Positions 1-10,783 are shown, counted from the stretch's first letter. The stretch: 64,000 nucleotides of DNA from Bacteroidales bacterium (GCA_027858835.1 JAQIBY010000009.1:19151-83150); one strand, 5' to 3'. Made by a program: numbers and translations. Notes: a model not told the origin generated them from the letters alone.

Positions 1-2
1 AT

Positions 3-641
3 CCTGACAAGTCAACCAAAAAAGCAATCATTGAAAATGCGGTAAGACTTGACAGTCTGGAGCAAGAGATCTTAATTCGCGATCAGTATCTGACAAACCT
101 CAAACAAGTACTGCTCGGCGAAAAGCCATTCAACCCTGAATTAGAAATTTCTTCACAAATACCTGATACCACAAACAAACACATTCAACTTACTGAAGAT
201 GAAAATGTGAATCTTGTTGAACCACTCTCTAAAATCACCCAAAACCACGAAAAAACTTCTGGAACGACATTGTCGTCCATGATGTTTCCACCAGTGAAAG
301 GAGTTGTAACCAATTCATTTGACCCTGCACGCGGACATTACGGAACTGATATTGTAACCGCAGGAGACGAAATTGTTCGTGCAAGCTTGGATGGGACAAT
401 TATTATTGCAAACTGGACAATTGAAACAGGATACACAATTCAAATTCAACATAAAGAGAATTACATTACCGTATATCGACATCTGAAAAAACTCCTACAC
501 AAAACCGGCGACAGAATAACTGCCGGTGAAAGTATCGGTGTTTACGGTAACACTGGCGAAATAAGTTTCGGTCCGCATTTGCATTTTGAAATATGGCATA
601 ACGGAGTCGCAATTGATCCTGAAAAACACATTACATTTTAA
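3..641 (+). CDS. M23 (LytM) family metallopeptidase; 5' end lies outside the window
   Basis: The frame is open from nt 3 with no stop before the GTG at 207 used by the ORF track. The C-terminal domain has the LytM motifs HYGTD (HxxxD) and PHLHFE (HxH). Confidence 0.85.
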   Translation, partial: PDKSTKKAIIENAVRLDSLEQEILIRDQYLTNLKQVLLGEKPFNPELEISSQIPDTTNKHIQLTEDENVNLVEPLSKITQNHEKTSGTTLSSMMFPPVKGVVTNSFDPARGHYGTDIVTAGDEIVRASLDGTIIIANWTIETGYTIQIQHKENYITVYRHLKKLLHKTGDRITAGESIGVYGNTGEISFGPHLHFEIWHNGVAIDPEKHITF

Positions 642-1811
642 ATGGCTGACAAAAAACATATTGCCATACTTGGCTCAACCGGATCCATTGGCACACAATG
701 CTTGGACGTGATTCGAAATCACAAAGATAAATTTGTGGCCGAAGTCCTTGTTGCCGGAAATAATGAACAACTCTTGATTGAACAAGCACTGGAATTTCAG
801 CCGAATATGGTTGTCATTGCAAATGAAGACAAATATCAAGTTGTTGCCGATGCATTACAGGACAAAGACATAAAAGTATTTGCAGGGGAGTCTTCCATCG
901 ATCATGTGGTGCAAATTTCATCGGTAAATATGGTATTAACTGCCATGGTAGGTTTTGCCGGGCTAAAACCAACTTTAAAAGCCATTGAAGCAGGGAAACC
1001 AATTGCTTTGGCAAATAAAGAAACATTGGTTGTCGCCGGCGATTTAATCATGAAAGCCGTACAAAAATATCGGGTTCCGCTTATTCCCGTCGATTCTGAG
1101 CATTCTGCACTTTTTCAATGCCTAAACGGTGAACCTATGGGAACAATAAAAAAGCTGATATTAACAGCTTCAGGCGGTCCGTTCAGAAATAAAACAGCTG
1201 ATGAACTTAAAGAAGTCAGCCTTGAACAAGCTTTGAATCATCCAAACTGGGACATGGGACCAAAAGTCACCATTGACTCTGCAAGCATGATGAACAAAGG
1301 GCTTGAGGTAATCGAAGCTTATTGGTTATTTGGAATTCCCGCTGACAAAATCGAAGTTGTTATACATCCGCAATCCATTGTACACTCTATGGTGGAATTC
1401 ATCGACGGAAGTATGAAAGCACAACTCGGAAATACGGATATGCGTTTACCGATTCAGTATGCCTTATCTTGGCCAAACCGTATTGAAACCCATGTGGAGC
1501 CAATCAGCTTAACAGAAATCGGCAAGTTAGAATTTGAAGCACCTGACACAACGCGATTCCCAAATTTAAAACTGGCTTTTGAGGCTTTAAAAAAAGGCGG
1601 AAATGCGGCATGTGTACTAAATGCTGCAAATGAAATTGCCGTGCAAGCTTTTCTTGATAAAAAAATCCGATTTACGGATATTGCTTTTGTTAATGAGCAA
1701 GTTATGAATGCCGTTGAATTTCATAAATCTGGCACAATTGAAGATTATATTGAAAGTGATAAAACAGCGCGTGAAAAAGCTGTTGAACAAATAAACACAT
1801 TAAAATTATGA
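642..1811 (+). CDS. dxr: 1-deoxy-D-xylulose-5-phosphate reductoisomerase
   Basis: 389 aa. N-terminal ILGSTGSIGTQ NADPH-binding motif and typical Dxr motifs (LANKE, DSEHSA, NHPNW). Confidence 0.95.
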   Translation: MADKKHIAILGSTGSIGTQCLDVIRNHKDKFVAEVLVAGNNEQLLIEQALEFQPNMVVIANEDKYQVVADALQDKDIKVFAGESSIDHVVQISSVNMVLTAMVGFAGLKPTLKAIEAGKPIALANKETLVVAGDLIMKAVQKYRVPLIPVDSEHSALFQCLNGEPMGTIKKLILTASGGPFRNKTADELKEVSLEQALNHPNWDMGPKVTIDSASMMNKGLEVIEAYWLFGIPADKIEVVIHPQSIVHSMVEFIDGSMKAQLGNTDMRLPIQYALSWPNRIETHVEPISLTEIGKLEFEAPDTTRFPNLKLAFEALKKGGNAACVLNAANEIAVQAFLDKKIRFTDIAFVNEQVMNAVEFHKSGTIEDYIESDKTAREKAVEQINTLKL

Positions 1812-3109
1812 GTGGATTAATTATGGCAGCTCAGCTTTTGCTGGCGCTTTCTTTTTTAGTATTTGTCCATGAATTGGGACATTTTATTGCAGCACGCGCC
1901 TTTGGAATAAAAGTGGAGAAATTCTTCATCTTTTTTGATTGGGGCGGTAAAATTTACAGCAAAAAAATCGGAGATACTGAATATGGTATTGGAATTTTTC
2001 CCTTAGGCGGATATGTGAAAATTGCAGGGATGATTGATGAGTCCATGGATAAAGAGCAAATGAAAAAACCTCCGCAACCATGGGAATTCCGTTCAAAACC
2101 GGCTTGGCAACGCTTAATTGTGATGGTTGCAGGGGTAGTTATGAATGTGATTGTGGGAGTGCTCATTTTCACTTTATCTCATTTGAATTATAGCGAAGCA
2201 TATGTTGATGTTTCTCAAATCGACGAAGGAATCTATGCCTACGAATATGCTGAGCAAATCGGATTTCAAACCGGTGATAAAATCGTTGCAATTGATGGAA
2301 AAGATGTTGTTCGTTTAAACGATGTTATTTCAACCCGTTTGTATTTCGGGTCTAATGTTACAGTTAACAGAAATGGAAATCTTATCGACATTGTTTTGCC
2401 AGATACTTTGTATTCGCACGTTGCTAAAGACGGTGGTCTGCTTTTTGATTACACAAACTTCCCATTTAAAGTTGATTCTGTTTTTGCTGAATCTGCAAAA
2501 AAGGCCGGCTTACAAAAAGGGGATGAAATTATTCGACTTAATGACGCAGAAATCGCTTCCTTTGGAGACATTGTCTCTGTTTTGAGCAAATACAAGGACG
2601 ATACCGTTGAACTGGAAATCATGCGAAACCATGCAAGTAAAACACTAAATGTACTTGTTGACAGCACCGGAAAAATCGGTTTTGCTCCAACACAACATGC
2701 TTATCCCATTGTCGATTACACCTTTTTCACAGCAATGAAATACGGCTGGAAAGATGCCTTTGAATCCATTCGTGCGAATGCAAAAGGGCTGGGAAAAGTG
2801 TTTAGCGGAAAAGAAAAAGCCAGAGACAGCCTGCAAGGACCAATCGGAATTGCCAAAATATTTGGAGGAACATGGAATTGGGTGCGTTTTTGGAGCATTA
2901 CCGGACTCTTATCTATGGTACTTGCCTTTGTCAATATCTTACCAATTCCGGCACTTGACGGAGGACATGTTTTATTTACACTGATTGAGATGGTACTTGG
3001 CAGAAAACTTCCAGACAAATTCATGGAAACGGTTCAAATTATTGGTCTGGTTATTGTTATGGGACTTATGGTATTTGTTATCGGAAACGATATTATCAAT
3101 TTGTTTTGA
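1808..3109 (+). CDS. rseP: RIP zinc metalloprotease RseP (M50 site-2 protease)
   Basis: HELGH zinc motif in the first TM helix, a central PDZ-like region, and a C-terminal NxxPxxxLDGG motif (NILPIPALDGG). 4-nt overlap with dxr, the usual dxr-rseP synteny. Confidence 0.9.
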   Translation: MSGLIMAAQLLLALSFLVFVHELGHFIAARAFGIKVEKFFIFFDWGGKIYSKKIGDTEYGIGIFPLGGYVKIAGMIDESMDKEQMKKPPQPWEFRSKPAWQRLIVMVAGVVMNVIVGVLIFTLSHLNYSEAYVDVSQIDEGIYAYEYAEQIGFQTGDKIVAIDGKDVVRLNDVISTRLYFGSNVTVNRNGNLIDIVLPDTLYSHVAKDGGLLFDYTNFPFKVDSVFAESAKKAGLQKGDEIIRLNDAEIASFGDIVSVLSKYKDDTVELEIMRNHASKTLNVLVDSTGKIGFAPTQHAYPIVDYTFFTAMKYGWKDAFESIRANAKGLGKVFSGKEKARDSLQGPIGIAKIFGGTWNWVRFWSITGLLSMVLAFVNILPIPALDGGHVLFTLIEMVLGRKLPDKFMETVQIIGLVIVMGLMVFVIGNDIINLF

Positions 3110-3138
3110 TAATCTGACCATAAAAAACAAGACAGATC

Positions 3139-3954
3139 ATGAAAAACGTTTTAAAAATACATTTAGTTTGCCTCCTTCTGTTAAGCATGTTCAACGGATA
3201 TGCCCAATTTGATATCGACCTTTCTCCGGAGCGCTCAAAACAACGAATTCTTATTTTGCCATTTGATCCGTCAATTTATGTAAATGATGCCAGTATGATG
3301 TGGGCACAAGCCAATGGGATGTCGCATGAAGAAATTCGTGAAACTTTACGCTTAGAGCTTAATCGTCGTCTTCATATAGCAATGATTGACTCTTGTGAAA
3401 GCGTTGACATACTGACATCCTACACAAAAGAAGCTCGCAACGATTTACTCGGATTATACACTACGGTAAGTTATGAAATGCGGCGCAGCATGGCAGATAA
3501 TCCTGAAGAACCGGAAAAAGAATCAGGGATATTGTCCGGTTTTTTTCATAAAAAAGAAAAAAAATATACCGATACTGTTGTCAAAGCACGACGAGTTGAT
3601 GGCGAAATCCAAGGACGAAAGTATTCCACACATGACAAATATTTGCATGTCATTTATAACAATCCCGACTTTATTCCAGAACTCTGTAAGCGGAGGCGCT
3701 TGGACAAAGTGCTTTTTGTGAATCAACTTGAGATTGTCGGAAACTATGGAGATCCATACATGAGCGGCAGTTCAAAAGCATCCAGAATAATTAAAGTACA
3801 TTATAGCCTTTATGATTTTAACGGACGCTTATTACACGGAGGACATGCGTCCACAGAAATTCCCTTTCATTTGAAAGATATTGAGGAGGTGATGAAAATA
3901 TACTTCCCGCCAATCGTGCGACAAATCATTTTAAATATAGATTTCAGCCAATGA
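3139..3954 (+). CDS. hypothetical secreted protein
   Basis: 271-aa ORF with an N-terminal signal peptide (LLLLSMFNGYAQ). No recognisable catalytic motif. 4-nt overlap with rdgB. Confidence 0.5.
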   Translation: MKNVLKIHLVCLLLLSMFNGYAQFDIDLSPERSKQRILILPFDPSIYVNDASMMWAQANGMSHEEIRETLRLELNRRLHIAMIDSCESVDILTSYTKEARNDLLGLYTTVSYEMRRSMADNPEEPEKESGILSGFFHKKEKKYTDTVVKARRVDGEIQGRKYSTHDKYLHVIYNNPDFIPELCKRRRLDKVLFVNQLEIVGNYGDPYMSGSSKASRIIKVHYSLYDFNGRLLHGGHASTEIPFHLKDIEEVMKIYFPPIVRQIILNIDFSQ

Positions 3955-4547
3955 TCGATATTATTTTTGCCAGTCATAATCAGCATAAAGTTTCTGAAGT
4001 ACAAGCCATTCTTGGTGATTCATTTAATTTACTTTCGTTAAGCGACATTAATTACCATGAAGAAATAATTGAAGATGCAGACAGTCTTGAAGGAAATGCC
4101 CGCATAAAAGCACAAACGATTTGGAAATCAAGCGGGAAAACCTGTTTTGCTGATGATACAGGGCTTGAAGTTGAGGCATTAGACGGCGCACCGGGAGTGC
4201 ATTCAGCACGTTATGCAGGGGTAGCACATGATGATCAGGCAAATTTGCAAAAATTATTACTGGCACTTCAAGAAAAATCAAATCGTAAAGCCCGTTTTCG
4301 CACAGTAATTTGTTTGATTATTGGTGGCAAGGAACAGTTTTTTGAAGGCATAGTAAACGGTCACATTAGCGAAAAACCGTCCGGTAAAAAAGGCTTTGGT
4401 TACGATCCTGTTTTTATTCCTGATGAATACAATATCAGCTTTGCTGAAATGGATGAATCTGAAAAAAATTTAATCTCTCATCGCGGAAGCGCAGTGAAAA
4501 AGTTAACGAATGACTTATTTTTACGCTTTTTAAAAGGAAATAAATAA
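3951..4547 (+). CDS. rdgB: non-canonical purine NTP pyrophosphatase (RdgB/HAM1 family)
   Basis: ASHNQHK near the N-terminus, FADDTGLEV, and FGYDPVF...SHR motifs typical of the Ham1 family. Confidence 0.9.
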   Translation: MIDIIFASHNQHKVSEVQAILGDSFNLLSLSDINYHEEIIEDADSLEGNARIKAQTIWKSSGKTCFADDTGLEVEALDGAPGVHSARYAGVAHDDQANLQKLLLALQEKSNRKARFRTVICLIIGGKEQFFEGIVNGHISEKPSGKKGFGYDPVFIPDEYNISFAEMDESEKNLISHRGSAVKKLTNDLFLRFLKGNK

Positions 4548-4589
4548 TATTTTAGCGATAAATAAGTTTTAAAGTGAAAACATATTAAT

Positions 4590-6956
4590 ATGAATTCAAG
4601 ATATCTTTTATTGTCAAGCCTTATGTTATTTGTCTTTTTTCAACTTGCTTTCACACAAGTTGGAGTTGGACAGTGGCAAGATCACTTACCATACTCAAGC
4701 GCAACATATGTTGCAGAAAATCAAACTCATATTTATACTGCGACTAAAGAAGCCCTATTTTCCTATAATAAATCATCAGGAGAAACTGAGCGACTGAATA
4801 AAGTTACCGGATTATCTGATGTAGGGGTAGAATCACTGGCCTATAGTCAGGAATATGATGTGTTAATTATTGGATATTCAAATGGAAATGTTGATTTGCT
4901 CAAGCAGCGTGAAATCGTTAATATATCTGATATTAAACGAAAAAGTATTTCATCTGAAAAAAGCATTAATCATATTTTGCTAATTGATCAATATGCTTTA
5001 CTTTCTACCGGTTTTGGTGTTGTTGTTTTAGATGTGGATAGACAGGAAATACGCTCTACTTGGTACATAGCTGACATGGGAGCATTTTTGAATGTTTTTG
5101 AAACTGATTTTGATGGACAATACATATATGCAGCAACTGAAGATGGAATCTACAAAGGGGATTACCTTAATGATAATCTTGCTGATTTTAATCAATGGGA
5201 AATTATAACCAATATTCCTTTCGGAAATCCTTACAGTTGGCTTACAGGGCGAAATTATAACACATTAGAATACTTTAACAACAAATTAATTGTTAATAAG
5301 CATGAACCAAATTTACAAAACAGCGATACATTGTATATTTATGAAAATGATAGTTGGACAAGCTTTCCTGACACATCAATTCACGAATGTAATTATTTAA
5401 CCGGTGACGAAGAAACCCTAATTATCAACAGGGATTATAGTCTTTTCCTAATGGATACAGCCCTTGATGATAAAACGAACTTGTATATATATAAATTCAA
5501 TTCCACAGGGGAAACACAAAGCCCAAACCCTTCAATTGCATTTCCCGGAATGGATGATCAATTAATTATTGCCGATTATACATCGGGGCTTATCCGCCAC
5601 AAAGGACCCTGGGACGACCAAACAATTTCTCTAAACGGACCCTTGTCTTCATCTGTATTTGATATATCAAGTGGTGGAGGCAATGTATATGTAGCGGCAG
5701 GCGGATTAACCCTTTCGTGGGGCCCCACCTATACAAGAGGAGAAATCAATTACCTCAAAGACAATACATGGGATTATTTAAATTACAAAAAGGACAGTGC
5801 TTTTAACGATTTTAACGACATTGTAACAATAAAAGTGAACCCCAAGAACCCATCGCAGGTATTTGCCGGCTCATGGATACATGGCCTAATGGAGTTGAAA
5901 AACGACCAAGTCATCAATATATACAATGAGTCAAATTCGACCTTGCAATCTGTGAGTTCTGCTGATTATGTGCGAATCGGAGGAATGGATTTTGATCAAG
6001 ACCAAAATCTTTGGGTTGTAAACTCCGGGAGCGATATCCCAATACACATGCTCTCCCCCGATGGAGAATGGATCGGTTTGGATTATTCGACAGAAATAAA
6101 TGCATTCAATATCGGAGAAATTATTGTAACACAAAATAATCACAAGTGGGTTGTTTTACCACGTGGTGGAGGGCTTTTTGCTTTCGATGACAATGGCACA
6201 CCAGATGATATCAGCGATGACAGATCTAAAAAATTCGGTCTCCGCGATGAATACGGTCAAACCATTTCTAATGAAGTGTTTTCAATTGCTGAAGATTTGG
6301 ACGGAAGTATTTGGGTTGGAACAAACATAGGAGTTGTCGTTTACTATAACCCGGAAGATGTATTTGATGAAAATCTTGTCGGATATCGAGTGCTTATTCC
6401 ACGTAATGATGGGACAGATAATGCAGATATTTTACTCGGTGCTGAAATTGTAACCGATATCGCAGTTGACGGAGCAAATAAAAAATGGTTTGCAACTGAA
6501 AGTGGCGGTGCGTTTAAAACCTCTTCAGATGGAATCGAAGAAATTCATCACTTCAATCAGGACAACAGTCCTTTATTTTCAAATAATGTGCTTTGTTTGA
6601 ACATTAATCAAGAAACCGGAGAAGTTTTCTTTGGTACGAACAAGGGCGTATTATCTTATCGCAGTGAAGCAACGATGGGCGAAGATGATTACAGTAATGT
6701 TTACACATTTCCAAATCCGGTTGAACCCGGATACGAAGGTCCAATTACTGTGCACGGCCTAATTAGTGGCTCCATTGTGAAAATTACGGATATCAGCGGA
6801 AACCTAGTATTTGAAACCCGTTCTGAAGGTGGACAAGCAATCTGGTACGGAAAAAATCTGAATGGCGAGCGTGTTCACACTGGTGTTTATTTAGTGTTTT
6901 CTGCAAATGAAGATGGCACACAATCCAATGTGACAAAAATTTTATTTGTTAATTAA
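4590..6956 (+). CDS. beta-propeller protein with a T9SS C-terminal sorting domain (PorZ-like)
   Basis: 788 aa with a signal peptide and repeated propeller-like segments. The C-terminus has an FPNP...KILFVN type-A T9SS CTD. Size and architecture match PorZ; the exact orthology is unverified. Confidence 0.6.
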   Translation: MNSRYLLLSSLMLFVFFQLAFTQVGVGQWQDHLPYSSATYVAENQTHIYTATKEALFSYNKSSGETERLNKVTGLSDVGVESLAYSQEYDVLIIGYSNGNVDLLKQREIVNISDIKRKSISSEKSINHILLIDQYALLSTGFGVVVLDVDRQEIRSTWYIADMGAFLNVFETDFDGQYIYAATEDGIYKGDYLNDNLADFNQWEIITNIPFGNPYSWLTGRNYNTLEYFNNKLIVNKHEPNLQNSDTLYIYENDSWTSFPDTSIHECNYLTGDEETLIINRDYSLFLMDTALDDKTNLYIYKFNSTGETQSPNPSIAFPGMDDQLIIADYTSGLIRHKGPWDDQTISLNGPLSSSVFDISSGGGNVYVAAGGLTLSWGPTYTRGEINYLKDNTWDYLNYKKDSAFNDFNDIVTIKVNPKNPSQVFAGSWIHGLMELKNDQVINIYNESNSTLQSVSSADYVRIGGMDFDQDQNLWVVNSGSDIPIHMLSPDGEWIGLDYSTEINAFNIGEIIVTQNNHKWVVLPRGGGLFAFDDNGTPDDISDDRSKKFGLRDEYGQTISNEVFSIAEDLDGSIWVGTNIGVVVYYNPEDVFDENLVGYRVLIPRNDGTDNADILLGAEIVTDIAVDGANKKWFATESGGAFKTSSDGIEEIHHFNQDNSPLFSNNVLCLNINQETGEVFFGTNKGVLSYRSEATMGEDDYSNVYTFPNPVEPGYEGPITVHGLISGSIVKITDISGNLVFETRSEGGQAIWYGKNLNGERVHTGVYLVFSANEDGTQSNVTKILFVN

Positions 6957-6958
6957 TC

Positions 6959-7696
6959 ATGTTAATTCGCACAAAAGCCGTTGTTTTGAATCAATTTCGC
7001 TATTCAGACAATAGCACCATCGCACATGTCCTTACTCAATCACATGGCAAGCTTTCCCTTTTTGTCAGGGGAAGCACTAAAGGCAAAACCAATGGAAAAC
7101 AACGCTATTTTCAGCCCTTATTTCTGCTTGATGCCGATTTGGAGTATAAGGAAAAGCGGGAAATTCAAAACATTAAAGAAATCAGAATAAGTGATCCACT
7201 ACAAAATATTTCATCCGATATCAGAAAACAAAGTGTTGCGATATTTCTTGCAGAAGCACTTAGCAAATCAATTCATCCCGAACAACCTGACGATGCCTTG
7301 TTTGATTTTGTGTTTCACAATGTGCTGCTTTTTGAACATTTAAACAAAGGAAGTAACTTGTTTCACCACTATTTTCTTGTGCAGCTTATGAAATATCTCG
7401 GCTTTTCACCCGGAAATAAATTGACAGAATCAATGCCTTTTCTCGATACAGAATCGGGATTATTTGTACCAGCTTCTCAGTTGACCACAGCTTGTTTTAA
7501 CGAAACAGAAAGCAAGCTCTTAGCAGCCTTTACGGATATTAATGCTGATCTGCTACCGAACTTAAATATGACAAGAGAAAAAAAGCAAATCGCGTTAGAA
7601 AGTATTTTGTTTTATTACTCAAAGCATGTTCCCGGTTTTGACAAGCTTAAGTCATACAATATATTGAAGGGTGTATTTTCCGGTAATACCGATTAA
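6959..7696 (+). CDS. recO: DNA repair protein RecO
   Basis: 245 aa. The N-terminal OB-fold segment (TKAVVLNQFRYSDNSTI...LSLFVRG) is typical of RecO. Confidence 0.85.
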   Translation: MLIRTKAVVLNQFRYSDNSTIAHVLTQSHGKLSLFVRGSTKGKTNGKQRYFQPLFLLDADLEYKEKREIQNIKEIRISDPLQNISSDIRKQSVAIFLAEALSKSIHPEQPDDALFDFVFHNVLLFEHLNKGSNLFHHYFLVQLMKYLGFSPGNKLTESMPFLDTESGLFVPASQLTTACFNETESKLLAAFTDINADLLPNLNMTREKKQIALESILFYYSKHVPGFDKLKSYNILKGVFSGNTD

Positions 7697-7702
7697 ACAT
7701 CA

Positions 7703-7720
7703 TTCCGAAAGCTTTCGGAA
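7703..7720. repeat. perfect 18-nt palindrome TTCCGAAAGCTTTCGGAA between convergent recO and nrdJ
   Basis: Read directly from the sequence. A third copy of the arm (CCTTCCGAAA, 7817-7826) is complementary to 7713-7722. It may be a bidirectional terminator hairpin, but no flanking T-run is present. Confidence 0.4.
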
Positions 7721-7849
7721 GGCACATACTTTAATCATAAAAGACCAACAAATTATGTCGATCCTTTAAGATTAATCTGTATGCTTGATTTTAAAGTGGT
7801 ATAATATCGGCATAAACCTTCCGAAATGAATTCAGAATAAGAATTGGTA

Positions 7850-10429
7850 TTATCCGCATTTTGAATATCCACACTCTGTACAAATCACACAACCATCCTG
7901 ATAAATCAGGCTGTCTGTTTCATCACACTCCGGACATTTTGTTCCTTTTTTAGATGCCTGAGTTCCATTTGGGATATAGCGTTTCAATGCACGTTCTACA
8001 CCATTTTTCCAGGTATTAATGCTTTCGCTGTCTAATTTCAAAGATGAAACCAACTCGGTTGCTTTATCAATCGGCATACCATGTCTCAATACTGAAGAAA
8101 TCAGTTTTGCATAATTCCAATATTCTGCATCAAATTGATGTGATAAGCCTTCAAATGTGGTACTGTATCCGTATTTGTTTTTGTATTGAAAATCGTAGCG
8201 ACTGTTTCCGTTTTCGTCGCGATTTTTAATGATTTTCCCTTTTTCAACCGTCGAAGGAACCATCAATACATCCTCTTCCTGACGACCTGTAAATATCTCA
8301 TAAGGCCTGTCATCCATCAATCCGACAAAAGCAATCCATCTTTCTTTATTATTCTGAAAACGCACAATGTCCGCTTCCAGAACTTTCGGACGTTTGTGTG
8401 CGATATGTGGTTCGTCTTTTTTCTTACTGTTAGAGATAAGTACACCGTCACGTGAGCCGTCACGATAAACTGTTACCCCTTTGCATCCTACTTTCCAAGC
8501 TTCACGATAAAGGTCATCTACGAGAGACTCTTCAGTGCTCTCAGGTAAATTGATGGTTACAGAAATTGAATGGTCAACCCATTTTTGGATTTTCCCTTGC
8601 ATACGTACTTTATTTAACCAATCCACATCGTTGGATGAGGCTTTGTAATAAGGTGATTTTGCAACAAGTTTATTCACTTCATTTTCTTCCATATTACGCA
8701 CTTCATCAGGATTATAGCCGTTTACTTTCAGCCAAGTTGCGAATTTCGAATGGAATACCACGTATTCTTCCCACTTATCTCCGATTTCATCAACAAAATC
8801 TACTCTGACATTCGGATCGTTGGGATTGACTTTTCTGCGACGGCGATAAACGGGCATAAAAACCGGCTCAACTCCTGAGGTTGTTTGTGTCATTAAACTG
8901 GTTGTTCCAGTCGGAGCAATTGTCAGCAAACTGATATTTCTTCTGCCCCATTTTTCCATATCTTCAATCATTTCCGGATCTTGTTCTTTCAGACGATTGA
9001 TAAACGGATTGTCTTTCTCGCGAGTTGGGTCGTAAATTTGGAATGCACCACGCTCTTTTGCCATTTTGATAGATGAACGATATGCTTCTATTGCTATATT
9101 TTTGTGAATTTCCTCTGAGAAATTCGTTGCGTCTTCAGTTCCGTACCGTAAGCCCATAGCAGCAAGCATGTCTCCTTCTGCCGTAATGCCAACACCAGTA
9201 CGACGTCCCTGAATGGCTTTCTTTTTGATTTTTTCCCAAAGATTTTTCTCAGTACGTTTTACTTCATAATCTTCAGGGTCACTTGCGATTTTAGCAAGAA
9301 TTCCGTCAATTTTTTCAATTTCTAAATCGATGATATTATCCATAATCCGCTGTGCTGCTTGAACATGGTCTTTGAATTTTTCCATATTAAAACGGGCATT
9401 TTCAGAGAATGGATTTTCAACATAAGAGTAAAGATTTACAGCAAGCAAACGACATGAATCGTAAGGACAAAGTGGAATTTCACCGCAAGGATTTGTTGAA
9501 ACCGTCTCAAAACCAAGGTCTGCATAACAATCCGGCACAGATTCATTTATAATTGTATCCCAAAACAGTACACCAGGTTCAGCAGATTTCCAAGCATTAT
9601 GAATAACTTTTTTCCAAAGATCTTTCGGGTCTATTTCTTTTTGATATCTGGGTTGATTGGAATCAATGGGAAAACGTTGAACATAGGTTTGATTGTTATT
9701 CAATGCTCTCATGAAATCATCATGAATTTTAACAGAGACATTTGCTCCTGTAACTTTCCCGGATTCCATTTTTGCATCAATAAAATCTCCTGCATCCGGA
9801 TGTTTTACGGACACACTTAACATCAAGGCACCTCTGCGTCCATCCTGAGCAACCTCACGGGTTGTATTTGAATAGCGCTCCATAAACGGTACAATTCCTG
9901 TTGAAGTCAGTGCAGAGTTCTTTACAGGGCTTCCCTGGGGGCGAAGATGAGACAAATCATGTCCGACACCACCACGACGTTTCATAAGTTGAACTTGCTC
10001 TTGATCAATTTTCAAAATTCCTCCATAGGAGTCGCTGCGATCTTCATTTCCAATAACAAAGCAATTTGACAATGAAACAATCTGGCGGTCATTTCCGATA
10101 CCGGACATTGGTCCTCCTTGCGGGACAATGTATTTAAAATCTTTCAGGAGCTGATAAATGTGCTCCTCAGCCATGGGGTTGTCATATTTATTTTCAACTC
10201 TGAAAATTTCTTTCGCTAATCGACGATGCATATCATCCGGAGTAAGTTCATATAATTTCCCGTCTGAATCTTTCAGTGCATATTTATTAATCCAAACGCG
10301 AGCTGCCAGGGTGTCGCCTTTGAAATATTCTAAACTGGCATTATAGGCCTCTTCATCAGTATAACTCTTTGTTTTCGAGTCATGCATAGCAGTTTCTTTC
10401 AATATTTTCTCATCAATTAACATAAGCAA
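7850..10429 (-). CDS. nrdJ: class II (adenosylcobalamin-dependent) ribonucleotide reductase
   Basis: 859 aa with RNR large-subunit motifs (NPCGEI, active-site Cys region) and a C-terminal CxxC...CxxC zinc ribbon. The start may instead be the Met at 10387 (MHDSKTKSY...). Confidence 0.9.
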   Translation of the reverse strand: MLMLIDEKILKETAMHDSKTKSYTDEEAYNASLEYFKGDTLAARVWINKYALKDSDGKLYELTPDDMHRRLAKEIFRVENKYDNPMAEEHIYQLLKDFKYIVPQGGPMSGIGNDRQIVSLSNCFVIGNEDRSDSYGGILKIDQEQVQLMKRRGGVGHDLSHLRPQGSPVKNSALTSTGIVPFMERYSNTTREVAQDGRRGALMLSVSVKHPDAGDFIDAKMESGKVTGANVSVKIHDDFMRALNNNQTYVQRFPIDSNQPRYQKEIDPKDLWKKVIHNAWKSAEPGVLFWDTIINESVPDCYADLGFETVSTNPCGEIPLCPYDSCRLLAVNLYSYVENPFSENARFNMEKFKDHVQAAQRIMDNIIDLEIEKIDGILAKIASDPEDYEVKRTEKNLWEKIKKKAIQGRRTGVGITAEGDMLAAMGLRYGTEDATNFSEEIHKNIAIEAYRSSIKMAKERGAFQIYDPTREKDNPFINRLKEQDPEMIEDMEKWGRRNISLLTIAPTGTTSLMTQTTSGVEPVFMPVYRRRRKVNPNDPNVRVDFVDEIGDKWEEYVVFHSKFATWLKVNGYNPDEVRNMEENEVNKLVAKSPYYKASSNDVDWLNKVRMQGKIQKWVDHSISVTINLPESTEESLVDDLYREAWKVGCKGVTVYRDGSRDGVLISNSKKKDEPHIAHKRPKVLEADIVRFQNNKERWIAFVGLMDDRPYEIFTGRQEEDVLMVPSTVEKGKIIKNRDENGNSRYDFQYKNKYGYSTTFEGLSHQFDAEYWNYAKLISSVLRHGMPIDKATELVSSLKLDSESINTWKNGVERALKRYIPNGTQASKKGTKCPECDETDSLIYQDGCVICTECGYSKCG

Positions 10430-10783
10430 TGGATTCTGGTTCTAATTAAACTGGAATTTTGGCAATAAATTCTCTGGATAAAGATAATATTCAAAAGAAA
10501 TATTTCCATCCATATTTATTAACAAGCTTATCAACAAGATTGCAAATTGCTGAATTACTGGTCGTTAATAAATCCCGAATAAAACGAGTAATTATAAATT
10601 AACAGACCTTCTGCACTGAAAATCGAATATTTAGCAAGTATTAAAATTTTATTCACAGCAAATTGTTGAAATATTATGTAGGATTTTAGAAAACTTTACA
10701 AATAATTGTTAATCAGGCGTTAAGTATTTATGTTTAACCAAGAAAAACTTGTTAAGAATATAATGAAATTGCAGATTTTTCTT

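Noticed and set aside
10430-10783. The 354-bp region upstream of nrdJ was inspected for a cobalamin riboswitch or tandem NrdR boxes.
   Set aside because: The region is uniformly AT-rich with no conserved riboswitch core and no convincing 16-bp NrdR-type palindromes. I found only a 23-codon ORF with no supporting features and no exact TAnnTTTG box.
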